From assembly GCA_963726255.1 (NCBI GenBank), contig CAVSBL010000002.1, positions 332,529-356,528 on the forward strand: 24,000 bases of DNA, written 5' to 3'. The notes beneath the pieces are model-generated. The model had not been told where the DNA came from, searched no databases, and saw only the letters and a list, made by a program, of their open reading frames with translations. The stretch is from Candidatus Bathyarchaeota archaeon (GTDB taxonomy: Archaea > Thermoproteota > Bathyarchaeia > 40CM-2-53-6). Numbering within the stretch: the stretch's first letter is position 1; the number at the start of each line of letters is the position of its first letter. Shown here piece after piece: positions 22,598 to 24,000 of the stretch. The position numbers were made by a program, and so were the translations under genes.

Positions 22598-22771
22598 ATG
22601 TCCTCGAAATGCCCCTCTTGCGGTGGGGAGGCTCCGAGGGGCCTCTGTCAGTATTGTGATCGATGTTCAACGTGCTGTAAAATCCTTCAAGAATCTGACT
22701 ACGAGTCCCGAGCGGTCTTGCCGCATTCATTCACCCCACGAAAGGCAAAGCCGGGGGCAGGAATACCGTGA
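22598..22771 (+). CDS. possible small Cys-rich (zinc-ribbon-like) protein
   Basis: 57 aa from ATG 22598 (the track starts at GTG 22589). The sequence is MSSKCPSCGGEAPRGLCQYCDRCSTCC..., with 9 Cys in the first 28 residues. A competing 62 aa ORF in another frame (22623..22811) overlaps it. Coding status is uncertain. Confidence 0.3.
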   Translation: MSSKCPSCGGEAPRGLCQYCDRCSTCCKILQESDYESRAVLPHSFTPRKAKPGAGIP

Positions 22772-22904
22772 AGTATTCCTCCGCAGAATGCTTTCGATAT
22801 GTATGACATGAAATTGCCTTTACGGAGAGGTCGAGGATAGCCAGAGAAGCAACTATGAAAGAGATTTGCTGTAGGGAAGTGTGCTGACTACGGGGTGACC
22901 TATC

Positions 22905-24000
22905 ATGGCTGAGAAAACGAAAAAGGCTACTGTTAGCGAACTCTTTCGCAGGCTCTCGTCAAGCGAGAACGGTCTTTCCGATGCTGAGGCAAGAAAACGA
23001 ATTCAAGAGTACGGATACAATGAGATTCCTGAGAAGAAGAAAAACCCCATTCTGAAGTTCCTGAAGTATTTCTGGGGGCCGATCCCTTGGATGATCGAGG
23101 TCGCCGTTGTTCTCTCAGCGTATATCCGTCATTGGGAGGATGTTTGGATCATCACGGCGTTGCTCCTGCTGAACGCTGTGGTCGGATTCTGGCAGGAGAA
23201 GAAAGCAGACAACGCGATTGAGCTTCTGAAGCAGAAGTTGGCCCTGAAGGCACGGGTTCGCCGCGACAACAATTGGCAACAAGTGCCCGCGCGAGAGCTC
23301 GTACCAGGCGACATAATCCGCATACGCCTCGGCGACATCGTTCCAGCCGACGCTAAGCTAGTGAAGGGCGATTATCTGCAAGTAGACGAATCCGCGCTGA
23401 CCGGAGAATCTTTACCAGTTGAGAAGGCGACTTCCGATGTTACGTATGCTGGTTCGATTGTTCGGCAGGGAGAAATGGACGCATTAGTAGCTGCCACGGG
23501 TGCCAATAGCTACTTTGGCAAGACTGCTAAACTCGTCGAGGGAGCTCAACAGCATAGTCACTTCCAGAGGGCCGTTATCAAGATTGGAGATTTCCTGGTC
23601 CTTCTCGCAGTCTCATTGGTTGCAGTTGTTTTTCTCGTAGCGCTGTTCCGCCATGAGAGCATACTGGAGACACTTCAATTTGCACTCGTCCTCATAGTAG
23701 CCGCGATCCCGGTGGCATTGCCAGCGGTCCTAACCGTCACAATGGCCGTGGGGGCAACCGCTCTAGCCAAGAAGGAAGCGATCGTGAGCAAGCTTGTCGC
23801 AATTGAAGAAATGGCTGGCATGGGTATTCTCTGCGCCGACAAGACCGGCACGATAACCAAGAATGAACTTTCCGTAGCTGAGGTCAATGCGTTCCACGCA
23901 TTCACCGAGGACGATGTGCTCGTTTTCGGTTCGCTTGCATCAAGGAAGGAAGATCAGGACCCGATAGATAATGCGGTGATAAGCAAGGCGGAGACAACAA
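22905..24000 (+). CDS. P-type ATPase, plasma-membrane H+-ATPase type (P3A), N-terminal 365 codons (runs off the right edge)
   Basis: Absent from the ORF track because it has no stop in the window. ATG 22905 opens MAEKTKKATVSELFRRLSSSENGLSDAEARKRIQEYGYNEIPEKKKNPILKFLKYFWGPIPWMIE. The TGES motif (ALTGESLPVEK) is present. The phosphorylation motif CADKTGTITKN has its D codon at 23838. The N-terminal region resembles archaeal, plant and fungal P3A pumps as I remember them. Confidence 0.9.
   Translation, partial: MAEKTKKATVSELFRRLSSSENGLSDAEARKRIQEYGYNEIPEKKKNPILKFLKYFWGPIPWMIEVAVVLSAYIRHWEDVWIITALLLLNAVVGFWQEKKADNAIELLKQKLALKARVRRDNNWQQVPARELVPGDIIRIRLGDIVPADAKLVKGDYLQVDESALTGESLPVEKATSDVTYAGSIVRQGEMDALVAATGANSYFGKTAKLVEGAQQHSHFQRAVIKIGDFLVLLAVSLVAVVFLVALFRHESILETLQFALVLIVAAIPVALPAVLTVTMAVGATALAKKEAIVSKLVAIEEMAGMGILCADKTGTITKNELSVAEVNAFHAFTEDDVLVFGSLASRKEDQDPIDNAVISKAETT

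Noticed and set aside
1-24000. CRISPR arrays, rRNA, tRNA, or large direct or tandem repeats
   Set aside because: Reading the intergenic regions on both strands showed no regularly spaced repeats and no rRNA- or tRNA-like segments. This was a by-eye search, so short or degenerate elements could have been missed.

Overview
Compact archaeal chromosomal segment, about 90% coding, with frequent GTG/TTG starts and ATGA stop/start overlaps. The lineage cannot be assigned by eye. Most genes are recognisable housekeeping genes: pyrC, radA, nucS/endoMS, an Sm-like protein, elp3, gatD-gatE, glmS and purA. The right third (about 17.7-24 kb) is more accessory-looking: small membrane proteins, a CBS/zinc-ribbon protein, an APC permease, a universal stress protein and a P3A-type H+-ATPase that runs off the window edge. 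The only clear mobile or RNA-guided component is a solo, catalytically intact TnpB gene (5483..6685, minus strand) with no tnpA. It sits tail-to-tail 13 nt from the nucS stop codon. Two genes look broken in the same way, each one base short: gatD at a G5 run (9435..9439), and an unannotated ORF just downstream of radA, whose ATGA-coupled ATG is out of frame with a 147-codon open frame. This points to homopolymer indel errors in the assembly, real pseudogenisation, or -1 frameshifting. I found no rRNA, tRNA or CRISPR array by eye. I do not see a convincing multi-gene novel system. The most checkable leads are the TnpB/omega-RNA-nucS arrangement, the two frameshifts, an HTH regulator with an unusual C-terminal domain and a palindromic candidate operator, and several long non-coding gaps. 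Protein family calls are recognition from memory of motifs, not database searches.
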